Assembly: GCA_051362555.1 (NCBI GenBank) | Contig: CM120649.1 | Coordinates: 3,472,001 to 3,536,000 of the forward strand | Source: Lingula anatina | Taxonomy: Eukaryota; Animalia; Brachiopoda | DNA: 64,000 bases | Direction of reading: 5' to 3' | Part shown: one piece after another, positions 1-10,871 of the stretch | Numbering within the stretch: position 1 is the first letter of the stretch | Layout: every line of letters starts with the position of its first letter | The notes under the pieces: model-generated | Databases searched by the model: none | What the model was told of the DNA's origin: nothing | What the model saw: the letters and a program-made list of their open reading frames with translations, nothing else | Position numbers and translations under genes: made by a program

Positions 1-233
1 AACGTCAGTAGTCTTTCCTTCAACAACACATAAGTAAAGATACCAACATTTACATAATCTTCCTTACGTTCTGTTGTGCATATGTCATCTCTCTGAAGCA
101 CTGTTTTTTAAAGATGAAAATAGTTTTGATACATTTAATTAACAGTGCACCCCGTTTTATAATGATCCATTTACATTTCATAAAACTTGTCTGTCTGGTA
201 TGTCACTTCATTGAGAGCATTGTGTATCTTCAG

Positions 234-332
234 GATGGCAGGACGCCTCTTCATTGCGCTGTTATATGTGGTCACTACGATGTAGCAGCTCTCCTCATCC
301 AGCACGGAGCTGATCTTTCCAGTACAGACGAA
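234..332 (+). CDS. Gene A ankyrin repeat exon (99 bp, phase 0): DGRTPLHCAVICGHYDVAALLIQHGADLSSTDE
   Basis: cag|gat...gaa|gtatgt; TPLH..A..GH...LL..GAD ankyrin consensus. Confidence 0.93.
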
Positions 333-750
333 GTATGTATATGTGTGTTATACTTGAAATATACCACCCCTTCATTAGTTTGTCTGTGTTTTATACGAAG
401 TAATTGAATATCTTTAAAATACCGATAACTAAAAACTGCTAATATTTACTGCTAACATTACACACGGTCTTAATATTAATAAAGTATTTTAATGCTTATC
501 CCTTAAAAGGGATAAACGCTAGCAGCCTTTCCTTTGACAACACATTAGTATAGATACCAACATCTACATAATCTTCCTTACGTGTTTGCGTATATGTCAT
601 CTTCCTTAAGCACTGTTTTTTAAAGATGAAAATAGTTTTGATACATTTAATTAAAAGTGACCCCCCCTGTTTTATAATGATCCATTTACATTTCATACAA
701 TATGTGTCTGTCTGGTATGTCACTTCATTAAAAATATTGTGTATCTCCAG

Positions 751-849
751 TATGGCTGGACGCCTCTTCATTACGCTGCTGAGGGTGGTCACTGCGATGT
801 AGTAACTCTCCTCATCCAGCACGGAGCTGATCCCTCCAGTACTAACAAG
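751..849 (+). CDS. Gene A ankyrin repeat exon: YGWTPLHYAAEGGHCDVVTLLIQHGADPSSTNK
   Basis: cag|tat...aag|gtatgt; 99 bp. Confidence 0.93.
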
Positions 850-1254
850 GTATGTATATGTGTGTTATACTTGAAATATACCACCCCTTCTTTAGTTTGT
901 CTGTGTTTTATACGAAGTAATTGAATATCTTTAAAATACTGATAACTAAAAACTGCTAATATTTCATCAACATTACACACGGTCTTAATATTAATAAAGC
1001 ATTAAGGGATAAACGCTAGCAGCCTTTCCTTTAACAACACATTAGTATAGATACCAACATCTACATAATCTTCCTTACGTGCTTGCGTATATGTCATCTT
1101 CCTTAAGCACTGTTTTTTAAAGATGAAAATAGTTTTGATACATTTAATTAAAAGTGCCCCCCCCCCCTCCCCGTTTTATAATGATCCATTTACATTTCAT
1201 ACAATATGTGTCTGTCTGGTATGTCACTTCATTGAAAACATTGTGTATCTTCAG

Positions 1255-1353
1255 CTTGGCAGGACGCCTCTTCATTGCGCTGCTAGAGTTGGTCACTGCA
1301 ATGCAGTAACTCTCCTCATCCAGCACGGAGCTGATCCCCGCCGTGAAGACATT
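1255..1353 (+). CDS. Gene A ankyrin repeat exon: LGRTPLHCAARVGHCNAVTLLIQHGADPRREDI
   Basis: cag|ctt...att|gtaggt; 99 bp. Confidence 0.93.
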
Positions 1354-1901
1354 GTAGGTATATGTGCGGTGCTTGAAAAAACAACCCAATCATCAGTGTC
1401 TATTTTTTATATACGCAGAAATTAAATATATTTAATTTATATTTTTCATTAACATATTGTGTATTTTAAATATTATTATCATTGATACATTTATAAAGTA
1501 ATTGCGGTATTTAATTAATCTTTGATACTCTAAAATAATCTCAAATTGAGAAATCGAAAGAATCTCTACTCGAGGCCCAGTCCTTAAACCCAAATATCGA
1601 ATCCTTTATGAAGTTTCAAAATAAAGAACAATACAGTTGGATTTACGCTTTAAATTGCTGAAAATATTCCTTAAAAAATGCTATATCACATAAGTTTAAA
1701 TATCTACAGGTACATCATCTCCCTTACCTGCTGTGATATACTAGTATGTTATCTCTTTGAGGCACTGCTGTTTGAAGGTCAAATAATTTTGATTGATTCA
1801 ATCAACAGTGCATCCCATTTTATTAAAAATCCACTTACATTTCATACAATATGTGTGTGTCTGGTATGTCACTTCATTAAAAGCATTGTGTATATCTCCA
1901 G

Positions 1902-1949
1902 GATGGCGGGACGCCTCTTCATTACGCTGCTCATTTTGGTGACTACGAT
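1902..1949 (+). pseudogene. Truncated ankyrin pseudo-exon (DGGTPLHYAAHFGDYD); 3' half and donor deleted
   Basis: Acceptor intact; sequence then jumps into the conserved intron motif tcaaattgagaaatcaaaagaatc. Confidence 0.85.
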
Positions 1950-2342
1950 TTCAAATTGAGAAATCAAAAGAATCTCAGTTCGAGGCCCAGTCCTTAAACC
2001 CGAATATCTAATCCGTTGTGAATTTTGAAAATAATTTTGCTGAAAATATTCTTTAAAAATGTAACCCGAAAACCAAAGATCCCGTACAAAGAAGAAAATG
2101 TGAAACGTATGCAAGTTTTAAGAAAGACTCCTCAGGCTGTTGATCATGTCGAAAAGTTACAACGTGCTGTTTGCGTCCTCCAAAAGCCGCACTGTATTCC
2201 ATGAAATTATTTTGTTTAATGAAATTAATATTATCTATCCTTTATTTGTATCATCACACTAAGAAATATTCAGAAAATGGATGAAAAGCTTGTAACTTTG
2301 TACTCTTTACTTTATATTTGTATATAAATATATATATTCTTC

Positions 2343-2401
2343 GGGGGGAATCGTCCGGGGGGAATTGTCCTTGGGGGGAATTGTCCGGGGGGGAATTGTC
2401 C
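2343..2401. repeat. Short tandem array of GGGGGGAATTGTCC (4 copies)
   Basis: Directly visible; probably the end of an interspersed non-autonomous element. Confidence 0.8.
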
Positions 2402-2775
2402 TGATACCAAATATTCCATATTAAATGTCAAGTCTGTATCTACATCATTTCTTAGCAGCAGTTATGTACTAGTGTTACACGTATTTTAGACAGTCTTGTT
2501 TGTAAAGGAAAATGGGAATGGTATAATTCCTTTCCCTCCCACATTGGTAACAGTCATTCAATCAAAATATCTAATCAATATGTTTGAAAATACTTAATTT
2601 ATGGCTGTTTTAGGAGGTGTCAAGGCCAGGATGAACAGCAAAATAGGTCAATCTACACATAATTATTAAAAATATAAAATAACGCTATTATCTGACTAGT
2701 TTTAATGTTCTGTTATTCTCAACAGAGCGGGAATTGTATGACACATGTTGAATAAATCAGTTTATTTGATTTCAG

Positions 2776-2865
2776 TTCGGTATAAAGCCCAGTTATTGTG
2801 CACGGTGTCATGGTAATGGTGATATAGACACGCTGCTGAGGAGGTTTGAAAGTGATCATATCCAG
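2776..2865 (+). CDS. Gene A C-terminal capping ankyrin-like exon: FGIKPSYCARCHGNGDIDTLLRRFESDHIQ
   Basis: ttcag|...cag|gtaagt; 90 bp, phase 0; homologous to 28442-28531. Confidence 0.8.
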
Positions 2866-4626
2866 GTAAGTTTATGCACAGCATACAAATACCTAGCACA
2901 TGAGTTAAATATCATAACAGTTGTGTAGCATACAAGAAACGCCAGTCAAATCTACACTAAGCATGATCATGATTTAATTTTTTACATTTTTCTTACTTAC
3001 CATCTGAACTGATAGGTTTGATTGTAAACCTGATGCTGTATGTGTGACCATGGTAGCTACAGTACTCATCCGACGACTTTAAAACCTCCCTGCCTTAGAA
3101 CATTTCTGTAATATGGACGATATTGCAGGACTTTATTTCCAATACCAGTCAATGTTTTTTTTACTTATCATCCAGTGAGGGCACGCCCAATTAATCACAT
3201 TTAAATTTCGCTATAATAATTGTTTCATTTAGATTGACCCGGTTCCTGTTAATGGTGATATATCTATAATAATATGTAGTAATTTCAAGTCTGACGTATT
3301 ATCTTTTGCTGAAGTTTTTTTTTTTTTTTTTCTGTATATAAGAAAAGGTACCATCTCAAAAGGTGACCAAAGCTTTTTAATGCTAGAACATTCGGTACAA
3401 TATAATATTCTTTTTGCTGTATATAAGAAAAGTAACCATCTCAAAAGGTGACCAAAGCTTTTCAATGCTAAAACATTCAGTACATCCGTATTACATTATC
3501 GGGATGGTATTCCTTAACGATATCTGTATTAAAGTTGAACGTTTATCAAAGAAAAGAAAGGCGGAACCGGGGAGTATCACAATAGGACACGTGCTTCCAT
3601 TTCTCGTCCTTTATCTACTGTGTACATAAGAAAGCACGCATTGTAAAAACCAGCCATTGGTCTTTAAGGTTTTTTGTTGTTAATTTTTTAACCAAAAGTC
3701 AACTGAGAATGCCAGATACAGTTTTCCGCTACATAGTTTATTTAAGGCTAAAAGTCAAGTCTAAATAACTGTAAAGCTCTCTCTATCTGTCCGTCCCTCG
3801 AGTCTCAGTCCCTCCCTCCATCTCGATATCCCTTTATTCAACTGCATTTTAAATAGACCTTATCTAATATGCAACCAGCAACATATTCTATGTTACTGGC
3901 CTGAATATATTAAAGCTGAATCGTTGGTGCATTTCGCATAACATGTAACTTGTCTGAACAAATATAAAAATCACATTCAAACTATCAATACTAATTTTTC
4001 ATGCAGCTTGCCACATACACAGCTTGCCACATCACAATTTACCTGTCTGAACAGATATGCAAATCACTTTCAAACTGTAACTGCCACCATTTGTTCACTA
4101 CAACTTCTTCTTATAACTGTCCAGAACCAGTCTCCCTCCCACGTTGTGTCCTCATGGTACATTGTACAGACGGATAGATCTAAAATCCCCGGCGTTGTTA
4201 AATTTGTTCGTTGCTTCCTTTGCCTCTGCTAGCCACTTTCATGGATATGCCACTTGTGTTAAAGCTTTTAATAAGCTCTTAAGACAATCTCAGGACGCAG
4301 ACGATAGTATACGAGGAGCAATTTTTTTCAGTCACGGCTGCATCTCGCATATAAATGATTCCACGGCACTTTTGATCTGTGAGCACAAGTATATCTTCGC
4401 TCATTTTACTTACGAGTCAATTATCAAGAAATATCACCAACCCAGCTGCCATTTCTCCACGAAATGTTACAATTTGATTTTGAATAAGACATTATCCACG
4501 GCCCGACGTTGGGTATTCCGAGGCATTTTGCAAGACATGCTGTATATGCAAATGTTTGATGTTTATTAGAAAAAATATACAACATTTTATTTATTTATTT
4601 TTATTTATTATTTTTTTTTTTTTTAG

Positions 4627-4840
4627 GAATTCATGATAACGAGAACGTTGGAGCATGTCTCTGCCGAGATGAGCCTTGATGACTTTTTCCTTCCCACCGA
4701 TGGGATCAATAATAATTTTCCTGGTGAGGTTGAAAAGCAAAAGGTCCAGCGGTTGAAGCAATGGGCAAATTCAAATAATTTCAAAACTATCCAAGGATTA
4801 AAAGCTGGCCTTACAGCTCAAGGACGCGAGGAGCTTTGCG
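4627..4840 (+). CDS. Gene A death-fold-like exon
   Basis: tag|gaa...g|gtgagt; LEHVSAEM...KVQRLKQW...TIQGLKAGLTAQGREELC resembles the death-domain L..W....T...L..AL....R.DL pattern; same 214-bp length as 32794-33007. Confidence 0.75.
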
Positions 4841-5198
4841 GTGAGTTTACTCAGAATAAAAAAAAACGTGAATAATTTTGCAACTTTCTCTACTTTTTAA
4901 ACAAAATCCATGTCAATGTTTTGAACGCCATTTCATTCATTATTTATTTAAACACTGACTGTGCTAGATTGGATACTCCGTTACTCTGTAAATAAATTAG
5001 TTTTGAAGTATTAATAACTGGTTCACTTTATTCACAAAGTCAGGAAATTGGGTATGATATATACCAAACTGTATTATTCTTTTCACTTATAGCAGGGAAA
5101 TATATAATTCACTTTCATGGTAATTAAGCGAATTGCAATTTATAAGAATATATATATATATACATATATATAACCAATACCTATTATACCATTATCCT

Positions 5199-5202
<4 letters not shown>

Positions 5203-5254
<52 letters not shown>
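5203..5254. repeat. (TA)n microsatellite
   Basis: Directly visible. Confidence 0.95.
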
Positions 5255-5256
<2 letters not shown>

Positions 5257-5720
5257 ACTGTATATATATATAAATATATAAAGTGCCAATACCTGTATAC
5301 CATCGCCTTAAAACAATATCTTTGTTTGAGTGCCTTTATGTCAAAAATAATGTTTTAATGCATACAAATGGTAATACACATGTACATTCAAGAGACGGGT
5401 AATACATTTGCACTTCTTCATTGATGCTGATTAGCAAATACTCTACCAAAAGCTTCAGATCCCATGCGACTTGTCAGCCACGTGCATTTCATTTTCAAGC
5501 TTCTACATATTCATCCAGATTATGTGTTACATGTACCCCAAGGCACAGTTGATGTAGACGAGACACGTTTGTGATAAGCGCGGTAATTAAACCTTAATAT
5601 TGCCCGCTGATGTTCTAATTCGACAAGTGGCCATGTGTATTGTATGAAAATGCCAAATAAAGCAATGACACTCTGAAACTTGCCTACAAATTTTCTAATT
5701 TACACTTTTCAATTTCCTAG

Positions 5721-6098
5721 CATGGAAGTTGAATCCTGCCATTACGATGCATACCTGATCCACGGCAGTACTGAAGGCAGTTGAGTCACACAAAATACGC
5801 TGCTGCTATGCACCTCGTGATTTCAAGTCTACAGAATCAACCGAGGCAAACATCAATGAAGCGGTGGCATTGTCCAGATGCGCTGTGGATTTCCTGTCTC
5901 GGAACTCCATAAGAGAGAACTGGTGTAAACACGCAAGAGAATTGGCCGTGGTCAAGTCAATTGAGGTCGAAGACTTTGTGGTGATCCCAGCGATTTTGGA
6001 CGTGAAATGGTCGGATTTGCCTTACGGTTACAAAGCCAGAAAAACCATCCAAATGGATAGCCAAGATTTTATCCCCACTCTTGTCAAAGCTATTAAAG
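5721..6098 (+). pseudogene. Gene A TIR exon with 26-nt frameshifting deletion (TGA at 5782-5784)
   Basis: YDAYLIH (box 1), then a frame switch to IRCCYAPRDF...WCKHARE...VIPAIL; 378 bp versus 404 bp in gene B. Confidence 0.88.
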
Positions 6099-7213
6099 GT
6101 ATTTTTTCTTTTAGCTCATGTACTGTGTTAACAGTAATTTTATATTTACAGCATTTTATATTAAACTTTTTGTTACCCACGCCTATGTTTTAAAGGCAGA
6201 CGGAGTGTTTCAGACAGAATTAATCATTCTCAGAGTGAAAGTGTTGATCCATACAGTTGTATTATTTTAAAATAATAAAAATGATTCTAATACTGGATTC
6301 TAATACGTTAAGACGGAATCACGCCGTTTATCATAACACTTAACAAAATGAAAAGTTTGCTGCAAAATCTGCTGCAAACTTAACAGTTCGCATGAAACCG
6401 TTTACAGGTTGTTGCAAGAAAATAACTGTTGCTACTAAGTTGCAAAGGCATCTTGAATTTACGGCAATTTTGCAACGCGTATTTATATCCACTCAAATGT
6501 AATACTGCGTCAGTTTCATGGTAAAAATTCATTTTTGCAAATTTGCAGCACATTTGCGGGAACAGTTTGCAAGAAGCCTAAAACTTTGCTTAGGGGATGT
6601 CTTCGGCATGTGAATTGGGTTGTCACTGGTGATAACGTTCCAATGTATTAGAATCATTTTCATTATTTTAGCATGAGGAATTATTTATACATATGAGGTG
6701 ATTTGTTTTGCGCCATATAGCGGTCTGCTACCTCAACTGGAAAAGACCATCTCTTGAGAGGACTGCTTGCAACGTAACAAATAAATAATGAAAACTGTGA
6801 TTAATAATTTAAAATCCCATACTGTGTACGTGCATAGAGCTAATTATAGGAGCTCTGTCTGAATAAGCCGATGCCATACTTTCTGTAGCACTGATTTTTT
6901 TCCGTATGAGATTTGATTATCATTTATATTAATTTTATTTGAATCCCTTTTATTTTTCAATCTTTATTATTGAAGCGACTGGCTGAATCAATATATTGGT
7001 ACACTTTACACACGCAGAATAAGCTTCAATATCTGTGTTCGCGATAATATTTTTCTCTGTGAATATCCTATATCCATATGATAAAATTAACAAAGATAAA
7101 TTATGCAATTTTCATTTCTTGAAAATTTAACATATACAGTATTAGATACAATTGAAGTGTTTAAATTGACCACCACTTTGATTAAATATCAATTCAGATA
7201 TTTTTCATTGAAG

Positions 7214-7407
7214 GTCCGACAGCTGATCCATGCTATGGCGAGCTCCGCAGCGAGAACGAAAACGTAAAACAAGAGAATAATCTACTCCGCAGTGAGAATG
7301 AAAACTTGAAAGCAGAGCTACAAGAAATGAGACAACAACTAGAAGATTCGAATGCGTTGATCAGGCAACAGAAGGCAGATATGCAGAAAGAAGTGACCTT
7401 TAACTAA
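7214..7407 (+). CDS. Gene A terminal coiled-coil exon (PTADPCYGELRSENENVKQENNLLRSENENLKAELQEMRQQLEDSNALIRQQKADMQKEVTFN*)
   Basis: aag|gt, phase 1; heptad-rich with an internal LRSENEN duplication; homologous to 36994-37166. Confidence 0.82.
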
Positions 7408-7690
7408 CTGTAATGTAGATGATGCATCTTGTTAAAGGAAGGAACTTTTTTGTATTTATGTGACTTAATTCTGCGGGGTTGGACGGAATGAGCTTTGCCT
7501 GTAGTTTAAGTCACTATTATCTATATAGCATGGCCCAAGGCTGGACCTTTTGACATCGCTCCTTGCTGAAAATTGCGGGAGGAAGAAAGCTAGTGTTTTC
7601 AATGCTGCGTTGTATGCATCTCCCTATTATGACTCTAATATTAGACGGGGGTAGGGGGGCATTGTCTGGGTAATACGTAATACGTATCTA

Positions 7691-8156
7691 CCCTCTACCA
7701 GGGCGACTGATAGATTTTTTCACAGATTTTCACAGATATGTCTCTAGATAGATGGATGGTCATTTTGGTTCAAACTCACTTTGTTCAGAAATTCCATGTG
7801 GAAACAAAATTATCTCTGCGCGCGCGCCTAAGGCTTTGTACTTGCTCTGCATGAGCTGAGCTTCACAACGATGTGATATCTGCTCGTTACGCAACCAGTC
7901 TAAGGCTTTTTTATCTGTCACAGAAGAGCAAGTGATTAAAGTCAGAGCAATAAACTGTCTTCATTGCTGTCACGCAGTCTTAGACTGGACCTGCTAAGTG
8001 ACAGTGCCTGAGCAGTTATGCAAACAATTACCAGCCATGTAATCAGCCTCGAGATTTCTCAACAGGGTGAGTTTGAACCAAAATGACCATCTATCTATCT
8101 ATCTAGAGACATATCTGTGAATATCTGTGAAAAATCTATGTCGCCCTGGTAGAGCG
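7691..8156. mobile_element. MITE with ~90-bp terminal inverted repeats, flanked by TA
   Basis: ta|ccctctaccagggcgac...ggttcaaactcac is mirrored by gtgagtttgaacc...gtcgccctggtagagcg|ta. Confidence 0.85.
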
Positions 8157-8766
8157 TAATACGTATCTGTCTGTATACATACAGGTAATGTACATGTAAT
8201 AAACATGTATATACGGTATTTACACCGTTGGTCCAAAACGTTAGGCATATTTTCCAGAAAATTAAACCCATAAAGTTATTTTACGAGCCAGGATTCATGG
8301 TTTATGTTTATTTTGATAACTTATGTGCTTATTGAAGGAATTCGGTGGGATTTGACAGTTTACTTAATACTATGAGATATTTATGTATGACACAAGTGCT
8401 GAAGGGGGTCTTTGATCAATTTATAAATAATGGTGTAAGAGATAAAAAAATCTCACTATTTAATAGGTTTGCTAGATATCAATACAGTTTAGTTTATAGT
8501 TTATTTCACTGTAACATATGCATCCACTTGTGTGGATGAAAATGGCAATATGAATACAATTTTTGTGAACATGCTATTAAACAATCACAATGAGTAATTT
8601 ACTTATTTACTAAAAAAACAGTACCTGTAGGTTATGAAAATGTCGTAAACATTGATAGCATGGTTTGCCCTTGGATATGAACCAGTTATAACAGGAGAAG
8701 CTGATGTATTTTCCCCTCGAAGCATGATAAAAGGCGCCACTGTTTCATACCTTGACAAAGGGTCAG

Positions 8767-9008
8767 GGTTCCGTAACTCGAAAGCATTGCGAATTGCGAC
8801 ACCATGTAATGTGATATCGCTATCGCAATATGCGATGCTTTCGAGTTACGGAGCCTATGCAGGGCCCCATAACTCGAAAGCATTGCGCATTGCGACTGAG
8901 CGCAAGCGTCTCGATTTCATAACCCGCCCATACTCGCCCCGTTAATACATTGTAGCCTCTATGTGATAATGTTATTTGCAATACGCGATGCTTTCGAGTT
9001 ACGGGGTC
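8767..9008. mobile_element. Tandem dimer of small palindromic MITEs (ccgtaactcgaaagcat...atgctttcgagttacgg)
   Basis: Interrupts the motif gacaaagggtcagatctg, which is intact near 9600, 40091 and 40712; flanked by CAG/TAG. Confidence 0.75.
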
Positions 9009-10871
9009 TAGGTCTGCAGACTTATTACCTCGGATTTCTCACAATACACTCATTTTTTATGAAAGAAGAACTGCACTGGTCGCATTTTTATTCTTGAGTA
9101 ATTGGAAATGATTTCGAGAAAGTTATCCGTTTTCTCTGGCATCTTTAGCAAATGGCAATTACGTTCAATCTCCTAAAACAGATTTTTTTGAAAACAGATG
9201 TCCGTCCGTAAGAAGCAGATCTACAGTACTTTGACAAGGTCCGTGAAGGAGTTCTTTTGGCAAACGTCACCCCTTATTTTAAGACCCAAGTAGGGACATA
9301 CATTTAGAATAACTGTTTGTGGTGATGGATATTGCAATGAATTTTAAAACAGCATAGTATATTCTAGTATATGCTCTTCAAAAGAGCTGAAAGTACACAC
9401 ACACACACACAAATAATTTTCATAATAATGATAACGCCCCCCCCCCCCCAACTTCATCGTAATTGCCTGTTTTAACACCGTAAACAGGTACCGGTAGGTT
9501 AAAAAATGTCGTAAACATTGATAACATTGAAGCCGCTATATACTTTCACCTGGAAACATGACAAAGGACGCCACTGGTTCTTTAAATAGATTATAATTGG
9601 ACAAAGGGTCAGATCTGAAGACTTGATTCGTCTCCGTCCGTCTGTTGTGATGATGTAGACATGTGTACCGGTAGTGATGATTTGAATCACACCAATAAAT
9701 GATTAAAGGAATGGAATTGGCAAAGAATAAAGGGGCCATTCAGAATGAGCAAATCCGAGTGCTAACTGGGGCACGACCTACATATGGCGGACCTACATGA
9801 AAGGAAGACCTCTACATCTTGTAATGGTCTCCCCGCCTCTCACACACCTCTCCAAACACTGTGCCCCTGCAGGGATCTTTAAAGGAATGTCAATATAATA
9901 GTATTCATGTATATGCTGAAAAGTAACATTTCACGCCTTTGACATTTTCATATAACAGCAAGTATTAATCTCTCAGTATTCAATTTTCTAACCCAATCTA
10001 AGAAAACGGGCAAATTGTTATTTTACCACTTAAATAATTTTACGAAAATGTATTACCGTGTTTATCCGTAATATATTCCAAGGTGAATGCTTATAGCTTT
10101 CCATTTAATTCAATTTTATTTTTGCTTATTTTTCTTCTATTTATTTTATTCAATTTCATTTCTCTTAATTGTTTCAAATTTTATTATTCTATTTTATTTT
10201 ATTTAACATGGCATATTATAAATATCTCATATATCAATAATCGATCACAATACGTTATCTAAGAAAACTATACATTGGTGTCCTACGGCTGCACAAAGAA
10301 GCAGCGGTGATAACATTAAATAAAACGTAATGTGACACCACAGCATTACTTCAGAGCAGAAAACCATCCATATTGAAATATAGCGAATCAATCAGTCTTT
10401 TGACATAATCTAAAACTTACTTGAAAATCCCGATAAAAAACCCCACCGTTCTCAAAACAAGGAAACGACGAAAAAAATCAAGTCTATTTTAACATCAGGA
10501 AAATGTTTGGTTCAATGGGTTTTCCCCTGTTACGTCATTCTTAACGAACCAGGAAGGTGAGTGGCACCTCAAAATTTTTCTTATATTTCAGATAATTATA
10601 TGATATGGCTCTGACCATAATGGTGGTTAAATTAATAACTTTATTTAATAGATATAAGGACAGGACTCGCAATGTTAATTGCAACACTATTTACTAACTA
10701 TATAAAGCTGTGATGAAATATATTAAGTTCGATCTTAGGCAAAACGGCGGCATACCGCGGTAGTGGATAAACACGCCAGTGAAAACTGGAAATGAAAACG
10801 ATAACAAGCTTATCTATCAATCAAACCATAAAGAGTTCTCTTTCAATGACTGTCTACATATGAACACATAA

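Larger units (their letters stand above)
234..7407 (+). other. Gene A (5'-incomplete): ankyrin exon array - death-fold-like - degenerate TIR - coiled coil; possible pseudogene or TIR-defective variant
   Basis: Exons 234-332, 751-849, 1255-1353, 2776-2865, 4627-4840, 5721-6098 and 7214-7407 start after AG and (except the last) end before GT, and match gene B exon for exon. The TIR exon has a 26-nt deletion and the linker exon is mostly deleted. Confidence 0.85.

Noticed and set aside
114-1425. ORFs beginning MKIVLIHLI as stand-alone proteins with signal peptides
   Set aside because: They are intron read-through around 99-bp ankyrin exons; only the AG/GT-bounded part has ankyrin consensus.
4008-4569. 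ORFs in the gene A-specific intron segment
   Set aside because: No recognisable motif, no convincing splice sites, and the segment is absent from the equivalent gene B intron.
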